NCBI GenBank assembly: GCA_965153285.1
Contig: OZ229110.1
Origin: Podarcis tiliguerta
Lineage: Eukaryota
DNA: 64,000 nucleotides
Strand: one strand, 5' to 3'
How positions within the stretch are numbered: the first letter of the stretch is position 1; every line of letters begins with the position of its first letter. Below the pieces are notes generated by a model, which worked only from the letters and a program-made list of their open reading frames with translations, was not told where the DNA came from and made no database searches. A program made the translations under genes and the position numbers. Below, one piece after another: positions 62,690-64,000 of the stretch.

Positions 62690-64000
62690 TGCGGATTAGA
62701 TGTTAGCGTTGTACCGGCGATTTAAAATGTGCACCGCCCTAACATTAATTCAGGTACGTTAAGCAAAACAACAAACAAACTTGCTGGGGGGGTTTCTGCT
62801 GCACCTCCCTGGGGGCGGGCGGGCTGCGCTCTCTCTCTATAAGGCCTTCAGAGCCTTTGGAAACGAGGCTGCGGTTCCGCCCGCAGCCTGCAGCGGGCGC
62901 TGCTGCTACTCCCGCCAGCCAGCTGGCTCGCAAGGGACAAACCTGGGACTTGGAGCCTCTGTTTTTCCTTCTCCGTCCACATCTCCTCCCTCGGCTCCGC
63001 CGGGGTGGCGTCTTCTTCTTCTTCTTCTTCTCCTCCGCCGCCGCTGGGCTGGTCTCCCCGCCACTGCCCGGCCTCGAGCGGAGCAAGAAGGCGAGGGCGA
63101 AGAAGAGCGTGTGCCAAAGCCGCGGGGAAGGCGAGCGAGAAGGCGGCGCGCGCGGAGGGGGAATGCAGCGACGAGAGGCGTGAGCCGCCGAGCATGTTGA
63201 GCTGGGCTCCGCCGCTTCTCCCGGGTCCACCTTCGCCAGCGGCGCTGCCAGCCCTCCCGCGACCCCTTTGGCAGGCGCCCTCCTGAAGACGACGGCGTCT
63301 AAGGTCCCCTGAAAGGCGGGCGGGAGAGAGAGAGATCCAGATCCCCGGGGAAGCCGCCTCTCCCTTAACCCGCCTCCCCCCCCCCCCGCCCGCTACTTCG
63401 GCTTCAACATGAATCAGGCTGCTCCCTGCCGCCCAGGGGAAATTTAAAAGCCGAAGGCGACCCACAGCAGATCCTTGGTTGCTAAGGTAAATTACGATCG
63501 CCCTTGCGCAGCGTCCTCGTTTCTTCACCCCCCGACCCCCCCTCAAAGCTTTGTGGGGCAACGATGCCTAGCAATGCATGACCCCCCACCCCCCGCTTTC
63601 CCACGTTAAAGGGACACGGGGACTCATTAAATCGGTTCTTCGGTTCCTTAACCCCAGCCCCAAGCAATGTGTCTGCAACTCCCTTTTGTGCAACGGGTGC
63701 GAAAAGGAGGAACAGCGGGGTTCGGATGAAGCAGCCTCGCGGCCCCCTTGCCTTCCCCCTTTTGTTATTCTAGGGATGCAAATGAGTTGGAGGAGACGCA
63801 CCGGATCGCGGGCGTCGCCGTTGTAAACGCGCCCTCGGCGCGGCGTTCCATTCGGAGCGCAGCTATTTGCATGCGAAGCCGTGTGCTTGGGGAGGGTGCG
63901 CGCGTTCATTTTAAGCGCCGGGAGCGTTGGTTTCCCCGGGCGCCCGCCTGTTTCCCCGGGGGGCTTGCGCCCAGAGGAGAGGAGCGGGGTTTGCGTGCTA
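62690..64000 (+). promoter_or_regulatory. CpG-island promoter and probable non-coding first exon of the next gene (RGS6 by synteny; no coding evidence in the window)
   Basis: Abrupt CpG/GC enrichment; GC boxes at 62811-62823; TATAA at 62838-62842; candidate donor AAG|GTAAAT at 63486/63487; RGS6 follows SIPA1L1 on the same strand in human. Confidence 0.65.

Noticed and set aside
62745-63561. Long ORFs of 139-237 aa in the CpG island
   Set aside because: Low-complexity Arg/Pro/Ala/Gly translations are open in several frames on both strands, as expected from stop-codon scarcity in GC-rich DNA.

Overview
Vertebrate genomic DNA from a squamate reptile, most likely a lacertid lizard (inferred from Sauria SINEs, BovB, CR1, L2 and squamate MITEs). 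Bases 1-18 kb hold the last eight coding exons and the 3' UTR of SIPA1L1 (SPAR) on the + strand; all splice phases were checked and are consistent, the stop codon ends at 15510 and the polyA signal is at 17960. Bases 18-62.7 kb are repeat-rich intergenic DNA, and 62.7-64 kb is a CpG-island promoter/first exon, probably RGS6 by synteny. The most notable element is a 5513-bp class I (gamma-like) endogenous retrovirus at 39469-44981. It has a perfect 4-bp TSD (AGGT), two LTRs identical except for one C in a homopolymer, and a perfect tRNA-Gly(TCC) primer-binding site. Its gag is frameshifted, its pol is reduced to fragments and its env SU is broken, yet the ERV3/HERV-I-type TM frame is open and has an atypical CX9CC loop. 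The leader carries a higher-order tandem array. This pattern suggests a recently mobilised, helper-dependent (VL30-like) retroelement. No rRNA, tRNA genes or CRISPR arrays were found. Family names and comparisons to human sequences are from memory, not database searches.
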